Positions 48,958 through 56,230 of a DNA stretch of 64,000 nucleotides are shown one piece after another. Numbering within the stretch: position 1 is the first letter of the stretch; each line of letters begins with the position of its first letter. This DNA comes from Escherichia phage phiLLS, in sequence record NC_047822.1, one strand, 5' to 3'. Under the pieces are notes generated by a model, which was not told the origin of the DNA, did no database searches, and saw only the letters and a program-made list of their open reading frames with translations. Position numbers and translations under genes: made by a program.

Positions 48958-48993
48958 CTAATACAGCACTGAGCAAGTTCTTTAAAATTTGAC

Positions 48994-49022
48994 TTGCTCA
49001 GTGCTATAAAACTTGATATAAT
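48994..49022 (+). promoter_or_regulatory. sigma70-type promoter overlapping a 15-bp inverted repeat
   Basis: TTGCTC-17-TATAAT; IR cagcactgagcaagt / acttgctcagtgctat spans the -35. Confidence 0.5.
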
Positions 49023-49156
49023 AGTTATCTAATTTGGAAAGTTCTTTTTAAGGTAGTTCCTACTTTAGTAGAGTAAATTTTTGGCAGATGGCCCCCACCA
49101 TTTTACCGATAACTCCTAGTCAGTGCGGCAACACTGGCTACCTTAAAGAGAATTTT

Positions 49157-49241
49157 GGGCGTTTATTCCGTAAGTGGTAGCGGAGGGGATTGTAAATCCC
49201 TGGTCATTGCGACTCGAGTGGTTCGACTCCATTAACGCCCA
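49157..49241 (+). tRNA. tRNA-Tyr (anticodon GTA), class II
   Basis: perfect acceptor gggcgtt/aacgccc; anticodon loop TTGTAAA; CCA encoded. Confidence 0.8.
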
Positions 49242-49251
49242 CCAATTTAAT

Positions 49252-49323
49252 GCACCTATCGTCTAGCGGTTAGGACACCACTCTTTCACAGTGGGAACAC
49301 GAGTTCGACCCTCGTTGGGTGTG
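49252..49323 (+). tRNA. tRNA-Glu (anticodon TTC)
   Basis: perfect T and anticodon stems; loop CTTTCAC; CCA encoded. Confidence 0.8.
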
Positions 49324-49335
49324 CCAATTAATAAT

Positions 49336-49403
49336 TGGGGTACGCATAGGTTGCAAATGGGCCTCCAAAACCCATGAAAAGGTTTCGAATACCTTTACCC
49401 CTG
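49336..49403 (+). tRNA. tRNA-like element (possible pseudo-tRNA; 9-nt anticodon-like loop)
   Basis: T-arm AAGGT/ACCTT with TTCGAAT loop and CCA, but 5' acceptor mismatch and no consistent cloverleaf. Confidence 0.3.
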
Positions 49404-49412
49404 CCAAAATTT

Positions 49413-49484
49413 GCACCTTTAGCTGAGATGGATTAGCGCTTGCCTGAAGAGCTTGAGAGGTTCGTTCGATTCGAACAGGGTGCA
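49413..49484 (+). tRNA. tRNA-Phe (anticodon GAA)
   Basis: acceptor, D and T arms pair; anticodon loop CTGAAGA; CCA encoded; two U-U mismatches in anticodon stem. Confidence 0.65.
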
Positions 49485-49504
49485 CCAATTTGAAGGAGCT
49501 GCTG

Positions 49505-49777
49505 ATGCATACTGAAAACTTCTTTATTTACTGCGCGGATAAGTCGCTGAAACGTAGAATTAACAAAGTCTATCATTATCGTGTTAGTCAACAGCCTTAT
49601 GTATATGCTTTTGACGGTGATCACATTCCACTAGAACAATTATCTTGTGATTACATGATATTGAAGAACTTTGACGAGACAAAGATCTCAAGCGTTCATA
49701 ATCGACAGAATCCATTAACGTGGAAATATAAGAAGAAAAAGAAAGGCATCAAATTCTTAAAAAATGTAGTTGCTTAG
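49505..49777 (+). CDS. hypothetical protein
   Basis: 90 aa ORF between tRNA genes. Confidence 0.45.
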   Translation: MHTENFFIYCADKSLKRRINKVYHYRVSQQPYVYAFDGDHIPLEQLSCDYMILKNFDETKISSVHNRQNPLTWKYKKKKKGIKFLKNVVA

Positions 49778-49798
49778 TTTCCAAAAGTTCTGTATAAT
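49770..49798 (+). promoter_or_regulatory. sigma70-type early promoter
   Basis: TTGCTT-17-TATAAT. Confidence 0.5.
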
Positions 49799-49846
49799 AA
49801 TTACATAAATTGAACTGGAGAAGCAACATGACAGAATAAGATAAAC

Positions 49847-49919
49847 CGACCGTTGGCTGAATGGCTTAGGCGAAGGATTGCAAATCCTTTTTATGTGAGT
49901 TCAAATCTCATGCGGTCGT
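49847..49919 (+). tRNA. tRNA-Cys (anticodon GCA)
   Basis: acceptor cgaccgt/gcggtcg, perfect anticodon stem AAGGA/TCCTT; CCA encoded. Confidence 0.8.
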
Positions 49920-49943
49920 CCAAATTACTAAAGGAAAGAAGTA

Positions 49944-50462
49944 GTGCATACAAAAGTTTTTGATAGTTTGGTAAAGAAAGGCATTGTTACTAATAAGCCT
50001 TTCTGTATAACCGCAGAACTAATCCAAAGATTTATGGAAGAATATATAAATCTTTCAGGAACTAATGGTAATACCAAAAAGAATACAAATACTATGTATT
50101 CGAGAAAACTTGCCGCACTTTCCTTTATAAAGTTTAAGCAGGAAAATAAACTTCCTATTTCTGAAGGTTTTGTATACTGTATTAGTAATCCTGCATGGAA
50201 AAATCAGTATAAAATAGGTATGAGTCAAAATCCAAAAGAGAGATTAGCTCAATATCAGACCTATTCCCCCTATAGGGATTATAAATTAGAGCATTGGTCG
50301 TTTTGGTTTGACAAACGAAAAGGTGAAAAACTAATTCACCAGTATTTCAAAGATTTAAAAGAACATGAGTGGTTTAGTATAAATTCTAGGGATCTTAGTA
50401 AATATCTAGAACGTATTAACTCTAGTTCTGACTTATATGGTTCCTTAGCTCTAATTGGTTAG
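49944..50462 (+). CDS. T5orf172-domain (GIY-YIG-like) protein
   Basis: 172 aa; GFVYCISNPAWKNQYKIGMS...EHEWF pattern; GTG start with AAGGAAAG SD; 3' end overlaps next tRNA. Confidence 0.55.
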   Translation: MHTKVFDSLVKKGIVTNKPFCITAELIQRFMEEYINLSGTNGNTKKNTNTMYSRKLAALSFIKFKQENKLPISEGFVYCISNPAWKNQYKIGMSQNPKERLAQYQTYSPYRDYKLEHWSFWFDKRKGEKLIHQYFKDLKEHEWFSINSRDLSKYLERINSSSDLYGSLALIG

Positions 50463-50513
50463 AGCGGCATCTTGTTAAGTTGAGGGTTGCTGGTTCGAAT
50501 CCAGCAGGAACCG
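50439..50513 (+). tRNA. tRNA-Asn (anticodon GTT)
   Basis: perfect acceptor ggttcct/aggaacc, D and T stems; loop TTGTTAA; CCA encoded. Confidence 0.7.
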
Positions 50514-50618
50514 CCAAATTCTGTGTAGAGTTAAGTAAACCGGTAGCCAACCAGCTATCATTGCTGACATCGAATTCAGCCACAGATACCATTTTCATTA
50601 ATAACTGAGGAAATAAGC

Positions 50619-50804
50619 ATGTCCAAGAATGTAATTGCGCAGCTAGAAGTTCATCGTGATAGCACTATCAACAATATTGAAGTTGAAAAGAAATACATCG
50701 AAGAACTTAAACACGATATACTAATAAGTCTCAATCGTCTTAATGTACGAAAAGAGTTTCTTAAAGAACTTAATGCAGCTATTGAAAAACTCAAAGCTGA
50801 GTAA
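50619..50804 (+). CDS. hypothetical protein
   Basis: 61 aa ORF with GAGGAAA SD. Confidence 0.45.
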   Translation: MSKNVIAQLEVHRDSTINNIEVEKKYIEELKHDILISLNRLNVRKEFLKELNAAIEKLKAE

Positions 50805-50813
50805 ATGAATTAT

Positions 50814-50887
50814 GCGACCGGGGCTGGCTTGGTAATGGTACTCCCCTGTCACGGGAGGGAATGTGGGTTCAAATCCCATCGGTCGCG
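50814..50887 (+). tRNA. tRNA-Asp (anticodon GTC)
   Basis: perfect acceptor gcgaccg/cggtcgc and anticodon stem; CCA encoded. Confidence 0.8.
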
Positions 50888-50915
50888 CCAAATTAATTTA
50901 GTATGAGAATATACT

Positions 50916-51263
50916 ATGCGTAATGCCAAAGAAGAGCTGTTACTTGCCTTAAAAAATACTAATTCTGAAGTTAAATGTATTAAAATAGAATTCGGGTATT
51001 ATGGGGATAAAAAAGTTTGGGTATTGCCTTTAGGTTACACAGAAGAAGATATTGAGGATTTTCTTAATAACCTAGACTTTAAATATGACTCTGGGTACGG
51101 TGGACAATTACTTTATGGTAATGTATGGTTTGCCGATGGAACTTGGCTAGAACGTGGAGAATATGATGGTGCTGAGTGGTGGGAATACAAAGCCACACCA
51201 GCAATTCCAGAGGAATGCCGAACAATTAATGGTGAAGTAGATAATACTTTACGGTTAAACTAA
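50916..51263 (+). CDS. hypothetical protein
   Basis: 115 aa ORF. Confidence 0.5.
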   Translation: MRNAKEELLLALKNTNSEVKCIKIEFGYYGDKKVWVLPLGYTEEDIEDFLNNLDFKYDSGYGGQLLYGNVWFADGTWLERGEYDGAEWWEYKATPAIPEECRTINGEVDNTLRLN

Positions 51264-51385
51264 TAAAATTTCAGTGCAGAACACGGAGCTAGCAATTCGG
51301 AAGTGCTGACTCATGATAAGCTGCCTATGTACTTGCGAAGCGGTCGTGTCCAAGACTCGGACTCTTGCACTGAAAACAATCAAAC

Positions 51386-51506
51386 ATTCTAGCGTGGTTG
51401 ATGGGGAAACCAGCTTGGCTAGGGCAGAAGCTCGTTCGATTCGAGTGAAAGAATGGTTCTCGTAAGTCCGCACAAGTGATAACAGGTTCGAGTCCTGTCT
51501 AGAATG
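51386..51506 (+). ncRNA. tRNA-like structured RNA (~120 nt) with perfect 7-bp acceptor-type closing helix and T-arm
   Basis: attctag (51386-92) pairs with ctagaat (51499-505); T-arm ACAGG-TTCGAGT-CCTGT; internal hairpins; no CCA. Confidence 0.35.
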
Positions 51507-51692
51507 ACATATTCTGGAGATTCTATGGATTATGAAGAGTTAGATAAATTAGCTGATACATTATCAGAACTATCTGATAATGTAGTAATAAAAGATTCTA
51601 GGATAGACAGTTTTATTGCTGATTATCGTAATGGTATTATCTCTAGGCAAGAACTAGTAGATAAAACTTATCAATATTTAAAGGGAAAGTAA
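51504..51692 (+). CDS. hypothetical protein
   Basis: 62 aa ORF. Confidence 0.4.
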   Translation: MTYSGDSMDYEELDKLADTLSELSDNVVIKDSRIDSFIADYRNGIISRQELVDKTYQYLKGK

Positions 51693-51712
51693 ACGAAAGT
51701 TTACTTATTATG

Positions 51713-51810
51713 TAGGTTCCGATAGATCGGCGGGTCTATTCTGGCATTTAAGAGAAGTCTCGCAAACTTCTTTGTCAGCCGTGGGGTTGGTAGCCTCCAG
51801 GTGGCCTACA
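51713..51810 (+). ncRNA. tRNA-like element (~98 nt) without canonical T-loop
   Basis: terminal helix gtaggtt/ggcctac; internal anticodon-like hairpin AGAAGT-CTCGCAA-ACTTCT. Confidence 0.3.
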
Positions 51811-51837
51811 CAATAAGTAAATTTATTAAAAATTCAT

Positions 51838-51866
51838 TTGCTATTCTGCTTTATTATCTGTATAAT
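51838..51866 (+). promoter_or_regulatory. sigma70-type early promoter
   Basis: AAAAATTCATTTGCTA-17-TATAAT. Confidence 0.6.
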
Positions 51867-51899
51867 ATATTTTATAAAGTGAAGAGAAGGAAAGCAAAA

Positions 51900-52058
51900 T
51901 GAAACACAAGATAGCTCAAGTTTTTATGGCATTATGGTGTATGCCAATAGCTATAACAGCATTTAATCTAGATACTTTTACTATAGAAGAAAAATGTATC
52001 GGATTAGTTAGCGGTTTTAGTATGCTGGGCTTATCTTTGCTGTGGTTAAAGAAATAAT
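51900..52058 (+). CDS. hypothetical small membrane protein
   Basis: 52 aa ORF (MKHKIAQVFMALWCMPIAITAF...) with AAGGAAAG SD; below track cutoff. Confidence 0.4.
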
Positions 52059-52061
52059 ATT

Positions 52062-52136
52062 CTCCGTGTAGCTCAGTTTGGCCAGAGCGTTTCGTTTGGG
52101 GCGATAGGGTCGGGGGTTCAAATCCTCCCACGGAGA
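52062..52136 (+). tRNA. tRNA-Pro (anticodon TGG)
   Basis: perfect acceptor ctccgtg/cacggag, D stem GCTC/GAGC, T-loop TTCAAAT; CCA encoded. Confidence 0.75.
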
Positions 52137-52145
52137 CCAAACAAT

Positions 52146-52220
52146 TGCGGGTTAGATCTCTGGTAGAGATCGCTAGTCTCATAAGCTAGAAAGAGGTAGG
52201 TTCGATTCCTGCACCCGCTT
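52146..52220 (+). tRNA. tRNA with CAT anticodon (Met/fMet/Ile2); 1:72 mismatch
   Basis: anticodon stem CTAGT/GCTAG, loop CTCATAA; CCA encoded. Confidence 0.7.
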
Positions 52221-52243
52221 CCATTTTAATAGAGGATTTCGAA

Positions 52244-52411
52244 ATGAAAGTATTTCGATTAGTAGTAAGTGACAAACGTTTAGGTAATAATACCTCAAGA
52301 TCCTTACTTGCACATTATGGAAAAGATGAAAAAGAAGTAATGGCGGAGTTTGGGATTAATCATTCTTACTTAAAAGTCCATTCTATTAAAGAAGTATACA
52401 ATGGTTACTAA
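52244..52411 (+). CDS. hypothetical small protein
   Basis: 55 aa ORF with AGAGGA SD between tRNA genes. Confidence 0.4.
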   Translation: MKVFRLVVSDKRLGNNTSRSLLAHYGKDEKEVMAEFGINHSYLKVHSIKEVYNGY

Positions 52412-52412
52412 T

Positions 52413-52488
52413 AGATCGCTAGCTCAATAGGTTTAGTAGCATCCGACTTTTAATCGGAAGGTTCTGGGTTCGAGTCCCAGGCGATCTA
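52413..52488 (+). tRNA. tRNA-Lys (anticodon TTT)
   Basis: perfect acceptor, anticodon stem TCCGA/TCGGA, T-arm CTGGG/CCCAG; CCA encoded. Confidence 0.85.
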
Positions 52489-52509
52489 CCAATTTCAAGA
52501 AAAACGCAG

Positions 52510-52538
52510 TTGCTTGATGCTTAATTTCTTGTTATAAT
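52510..52538 (+). promoter_or_regulatory. sigma70-type early promoter preceding ORF-free region
   Basis: TTGCTT-17-TATAAT. Confidence 0.55.
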
Positions 52539-52559
52539 ATTTATATAAATTGATGCGAA

Positions 52560-52870
52560 AATAGCTGCCTAGATACCAGGTGTATGACGTCTACACTAGC
52601 AGAGCTACCGAAAAAGAGATCCTCAGGATAAACGTCGTAGCAAAATTAGTCTGGTATCCATCAATTTAGTTCACTAAGGTATTAGCTCGACCTAGGACTG
52701 GCTGCCAAAAAGCACGATCCCTACGATTCGGGAGAAGTTCTAGATTAGTCCACTAGATTCAGCGGCAACTGAATAGTGTATTGGGTTTGCGAGATGACGC
52801 AGTTCCTTCCGCTCGAAGCGAAGGTGCTGTAGTTACGCCGAGCTAATAGCCTTAGTAAACTAAAGAATTT
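52560..52870 (+). ncRNA. candidate structured non-coding RNA (~310 nt, ORF-free, downstream of promoter)
   Basis: long imperfect hairpin 52562-52608; further hairpins near 52800-52825; no ORF, no canonical tRNA fold. Confidence 0.3.
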
Positions 52871-52871
52871 G

Positions 52872-52947
52872 GGGGAATGGGTCTGCATGGAGTGGACACC
52901 TCGCTTGCACCGAGGACATCAGAACGGTTCGATTCCGTTATTCTCCA
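52872..52947 (+). tRNA. tRNA-Ala (anticodon TGC)
   Basis: perfect anticodon stem CCTCG/CGAGG, loop CTTGCAC, T-arm AACGG/CCGTT; 3' end CAA rather than CCA. Confidence 0.65.
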
Positions 52948-52955
52948 CAAAATAC

Positions 52956-53029
52956 GCGTGATTGATGGAATTGGCATACATACCGTCCTTAGAAGTCGGG
53001 TTTTGAGGGTTCGAATCCCTTGTCACGCA
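52956..53029 (+). tRNA. tRNA with TAG anticodon (Leu-decoding) but short variable arm
   Basis: acceptor gcgtgat/gtcacgc, T-arm GAGGG/CCCTT; loop CTTAGAA; CCA encoded. Confidence 0.55.
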
Positions 53030-53144
53030 CCAAATTTGATGGTCAGAGTAAATTAAACCTACTATCTCGGTTGAGCTGTTTTAATGGGTTCGAATCCCAG
53101 CGGGGCGTAACTGCCTGGTGTGATAGAGGCATCATCTTATTATT

Positions 53145-53232
53145 GGAAGAGCAAATCGAATTGGCGACGAAAACCGCTTGGAAAGTGGCTGACTGGTAAA
53201 ACGGCTTGAGAGTTCAAATCTCTCCTCTTCCG
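53145..53232 (+). tRNA. tRNA-Ser (anticodon GGA), class II
   Basis: perfect acceptor ggaagag/ctcttcc, T-arm GAGAG/CTCTC, long variable region; CCA encoded; anticodon assignment tentative. Confidence 0.65.
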
Positions 53233-53247
53233 CCAAACAATTTATAT

Positions 53248-53339
53248 GGTAGGTCAATCCAACGGCTGGCGCTGGACTCCGACTTGAAATCGGTTGATCG
53301 TAGTGATACGGTGTAAGGGTTCGATCCCCTTACCTACCT
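53248..53339 (+). tRNA. tRNA-Ser (anticodon TGA), class II
   Basis: perfect acceptor ggtaggt/acctacc, T-arm AAGGG/CCCTT, loop CTTGAAA; CCA encoded. Confidence 0.7.
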
Positions 53340-53342
53340 CCA

Positions 53343-53478
53343 AATCTTGGAATATGCCGGAATTGGTAGACGGGACTGCCGAATAGGTTTACTAGGAACA
53401 TCCACTCCTAGAAATATACCTTAAAAGCGGTTGAGTTAAATGGTCTAACTCATGAAGGTTCAAATCCTTCTATTCCTT
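53343..53478 (+). ncRNA. tRNA-like element / possible pseudo-tRNA with insertion
   Basis: canonical T-arm GAAGG-TTCAAAT-CCTTC and acceptor-like 3' strand; upstream D-loop consensus AATTGGTAGAC; no consistent cloverleaf. Confidence 0.3.
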
Positions 53479-53707
53479 GATACATCAATGGCTCAAAGTG
53501 TAACGGTGCTATTTGATGCACTTGGAAAGACTTTCCCGACATGCGTTCGGGGGTAAGCTTCTGAGGCTAGAATAGAAGAGTTTCTGGGAGCCGCCACAAT
53601 CGAAAATTCGTACTCGTCTTGAGCTGCGTGCAATAGGAGATAACTTGATTAGTATTCTAGAACATGCTAATTGAGGATGGTTTCGCTAACCCTGCGAGTT
53701 TTCAATT

Positions 53708-53781
53708 GTGGCTATATCATAATTGGTTAATGATCCTGATTGTGAATCAGGCCTATGTGGATTCGAATTCCACTAGCCACC
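53708..53781 (+). tRNA. tRNA-His (anticodon GTG)
   Basis: perfect acceptor gtggcta/tagccac, anticodon stem CCTGA/TCAGG; CCA encoded. Confidence 0.8.
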
Positions 53782-53809
53782 CCAAATTAATTTAAATAGG
53801 AAATAAAAT

Positions 53810-54004
53810 ATGGCTGATTTCTGCAAACAATGCTCCATTGATATGTGGGGCAGAGATACTGGTGACTTAGCTGGTCTGATTACAGAAGCCGAAGTCAAAG
53901 AAGGTTATGGTGCAGTTGTGGTTTGCGAAGGATGCGGAGTCATTCGAGTAGACCATAAAGGTAAGCGCCTTGAAGAACCTGAGCCAGTTACTCTATTTCC
54001 ATAG
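53810..54004 (+). CDS. hypothetical Cys-rich small protein (zinc-ribbon-like)
   Basis: 64 aa; CKQC...CEGC pairs. Confidence 0.45.
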   Translation: MADFCKQCSIDMWGRDTGDLAGLITEAEVKEGYGAVVVCEGCGVIRVDHKGKRLEEPEPVTLFP

Positions 54005-54017
54005 AGTAAAGAATTAT

Positions 54018-54090
54018 TGGGATGTAGATCAATTGGCAGATCGTCGGCCTCTGACTCCGAAGGTTCCACGTTCGATCCGTGGCATCCCAG
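54018..54090 (+). tRNA. tRNA-Gln (anticodon CTG)
   Basis: perfect acceptor tgggatg/catccca, T-arm CCACG/CGTGG; CCA encoded. Confidence 0.75.
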
Positions 54091-54099
54091 CCAAATTAT

Positions 54100-54172
54100 T
54101 GGAGAGTAGTGTAACGGTTAGCACAACGGCCTTTGACTCCGTTAATGGTAGGTTCGATTCCTCCTTCTCCAG
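54100..54172 (+). tRNA. tRNA-Gln (anticodon TTG)
   Basis: acceptor tggagag/ttctcca, loop CTTTGAC; CCA encoded. Confidence 0.7.
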
Positions 54173-54192
54173 CCAACTTAAAAGGTAAAAAT

Positions 54193-54753
54193 GTGAAGGT
54201 AATACCGGAATTTCCATTATATAGTATATCTGAGGATGGTAAAGTTTGGTCAACTTATTCTAATAAGTTTTTATCCTCTTATATTAACAATGATGGGTAT
54301 CCCTGTTATAAATTACATAAGAAGGGGGTTCAGTATACTCAACTAATACATAGATTATTAGCTAGAGTATACAAAGATCTGCCTTCTCTGGATTCTGACC
54401 TAGAGGTAGATCACAAAGATACTAATATTCTTAACTATGCACTAGAGAATATACAAGTTCTCAGTAAAGAGGATCACAGAAAGAAAACCTTACTAGATAA
54501 TGGGTATACTGCGTATAACAAGGTATGTCCAACTTGCTCAGGATACAAAGATCCCGGAGCTATTCAGTGTAAGGGATGTTCTTCGCTATCCCAAGTAAAG
54601 AATAAAGATGTTACTGCTGAGCAAATAGAATACTGGGTGTCCAAGTATTCATGGGTTAGAGCAGCCAAAGAATTTGGATACTCAGATAATGGACTTCGTA
54701 AAAGGTATAAATCCCTTACTGGTAAAGATCCAAAAACAATAAAACGCGGTTAG
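54193..54753 (+). CDS. HNH homing endonuclease inserted in tRNA cluster
   Basis: HNH motif EVDHKDTNILNYALENIQVL and C-terminal Zn-finger-like CPTCSG...CKGC; probable GTG start at 54193 after tRNA-Gln. Confidence 0.7.
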   Translation: MKVIPEFPLYSISEDGKVWSTYSNKFLSSYINNDGYPCYKLHKKGVQYTQLIHRLLARVYKDLPSLDSDLEVDHKDTNILNYALENIQVLSKEDHRKKTLLDNGYTAYNKVCPTCSGYKDPGAIQCKGCSSLSQVKNKDVTAEQIEYWVSKYSWVRAAKEFGYSDNGLRKRYKSLTGKDPKTIKRG

Positions 54754-54814
54754 CCTCATGGTGGGGACTCAGCCTTCCAAGCTGATGGAGAGGGTTCGAT
54801 TCCCTCTAGCCGCT
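54746..54814 (+). tRNA. tRNA-Gly (anticodon TCC), compact
   Basis: acceptor gcggtta/tagccgc, perfect anticodon stem TCAGC/GCTGA, T-arm GAGGG/CCCTC; CCA encoded; overlaps stop of HNH ORF. Confidence 0.65.
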
Positions 54815-54833
54815 CCAACTTTAAGGAAACACT

Positions 54834-55085
54834 ATGCACGTTTTTGAGTTTCGTAATAAAAGTACTGATAAGCGAGTTATCATTATTGGAGAAACATATC
54901 GAGCATATGAACAAACTGACGGCTCTGTTATCTTGAATGATGAGAAAGGAGGTTTTAGCTTTTATCCAGAAGAACCTTATGAAGAGTTTCGAAAACAATT
55001 TAACCTAGACTGGAGAAAGCATTTAAACACTGTTGCTCCATCTGTAGTATTGCCAACTACCAGTACTGTACCCTCTAATGGCTGA
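54834..55085 (+). CDS. hypothetical protein
   Basis: 83 aa ORF. Confidence 0.45.
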   Translation: MHVFEFRNKSTDKRVIIIGETYRAYEQTDGSVILNDEKGGFSFYPEEPYEEFRKQFNLDWRKHLNTVAPSVVLPTTSTVPSNG

Positions 55086-55242
55086 CAACCTAAAAGTAAA
55101 GATTGATAAACAAAAGAAACGTGTAGAAGTAGAGATTGGCGAAGAACGTGTTGCCTTTACTTTCGAGTTTCTTCAGCAGTTGGCAATGACAGTAATGTCA
55201 GATAAATCCCCTGTATTTGAAAAAGAAATCCCGTTGAAATAA
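55078..55242 (+). CDS. hypothetical small protein
   Basis: 54 aa ORF (MADNLKVKIDKQ...); below track cutoff. Confidence 0.35.
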   Translation: MADNLKVKIDKQKKRVEVEIGEERVAFTFEFLQQLAMTVMSDKSPVFEKEIPLK

Positions 55243-55252
55243 CGGGATTATC

Positions 55253-55324
55253 GCTCCTAAAGCATTGCTGGCGATGCAGTTGCCTTGTAAGCATCTGAAC
55301 CGGGTTCGATTCCTGGTGGGAGCA
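55253..55324 (+). tRNA. tRNA-Thr (anticodon TGT)
   Basis: acceptor gctccta/tgggagc, D stem GCAT/ATGC, loop CTTGTAA; CCA encoded. Confidence 0.75.
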
Positions 55325-55342
55325 CCAAATTTAAAAATTCAT

Positions 55343-55371
55343 TTGCTTTCTCCCTTATTTATTGCTATAAT
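55343..55371 (+). promoter_or_regulatory. sigma70-type early promoter
   Basis: AAAAATTCATTTGCTT-17-TATAAT. Confidence 0.6.
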
Positions 55372-55401
55372 ATTTATATAAATTAATGAGAGGGAAACCA
55401 A

Positions 55402-55692
55402 ATGAAACGTTATCTTTCTGTAATATTCCAAACTGGTGGCCAAAGATACACCTATGAATTTCCATCCTCTTGGAAAATCAAAGAGGGTGATCAAGTAGTA
55501 GTGCTAACACCGCGTGAAGGATATAAAGTAGTAACGGTTAAACAAGTATTTCCAAAAGATCATGAACCAGCTAAAGGCATCCGCTATAAGATGATTCATG
55601 GTGTGGTTCGTCAAGTACCACGAACTGAGGTAGAAGTAGATAAGACTGGAGAAACTAAATTCCATTATACTTCTTACTTAGACAGTGTGTGA
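55402..55692 (+). CDS. hypothetical protein
   Basis: 96 aa ORF with GAGGGAAA SD. Confidence 0.5.
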   Translation: MKRYLSVIFQTGGQRYTYEFPSSWKIKEGDQVVVLTPREGYKVVTVKQVFPKDHEPAKGIRYKMIHGVVRQVPRTEVEVDKTGETKFHYTSYLDSV

Positions 55693-55707
55693 TGTAAATA
55701 TTTTAAT

Positions 55708-55781
55708 GCTTCGGTAGCTTAGCGATCTAAAGCACTCGGCCGATAACCGAGAGATCGGGGGTTTAAATCCCTCCCGGAGTA
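55708..55781 (+). tRNA. tRNA-Ile (anticodon GAT) with non-canonical C33 and TTTAAAT T-loop
   Basis: perfect D stem GCTT/AAGC and anticodon stem CTCGG/CCGAG; CCA encoded. Confidence 0.65.
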
Positions 55782-55870
55782 CCAAATTTAGGAATTAAGA
55801 CTATGCGTCCAGGAAAGTTTAAAAAAGCTAATTGGTCTAAAGAGTATAAAGAATACTTACTTAGTCTAGT

Positions 55871-55943
55871 AAAACATAACAGTTAGTTGGCAGAGTGGTT
55901 ATGCACCTCCTTCATACGGAGCGACTACAGTGGTTCAAATCCA
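55871..55943 (+). tRNA. tRNA with CAT anticodon (third CAT tRNA; Met/fMet/Ile2)
   Basis: perfect acceptor agttagt/actaact and T-arm AGTGG/CCACT; loop TTCATAC; CCA encoded. Confidence 0.7.
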
Positions 55944-55993
55944 CTACTAACTACCATTAAAATAGCTAGAGATAGCTAAATTTAGGAGCAGCT

Positions 55994-56188
55994 ATGTTAA
56001 CAATTAAAATAATGTCAGCCAAGAATGGGGAGCAGATTCATACAGGCAAAAGTGTAAGCTTTAATCCTAGAAATAAAAGATTAGCTATAGTTGGAGTAGA
56101 CCAAGCCATCTTTTTAAAAGAAGATGAAGTAGCATATGTTATGAACCAAACTGGTAAGACAGTTTCCGTATACTATGGAAAAGTATAA
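55994..56188 (+). CDS. hypothetical protein
   Basis: 64 aa ORF with AGGAG SD. Confidence 0.45.
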   Translation: MLTIKIMSAKNGEQIHTGKSVSFNPRNKRLAIVGVDQAIFLKEDEVAYVMNQTGKTVSVYYGKV

Positions 56189-56230
56189 AGAATAAAGAGC
56201 TGAGCCAAATTCTAACATCGGGGAGATCTA

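Noticed and set aside
53084-53108. Isolated T-arm-like element TGGG-TTCGAAT-CCCA between two tRNAs
   Set aside because: No complementary 5' acceptor strand within 70-95 nt and no CCA; probably a tRNA remnant.
43542-54998. Minus-strand ORFs inside the tRNA cluster (43542-43724, 49270-49488, 49433-49624, 51255-51473, 51916-52182, 54029-54253, 54756-54998)
   Set aside because: They lie antisense across well-folded plus-strand tRNA genes, lack ribosome-binding sites and have low-complexity translations; most likely artefacts of tRNA sequence.
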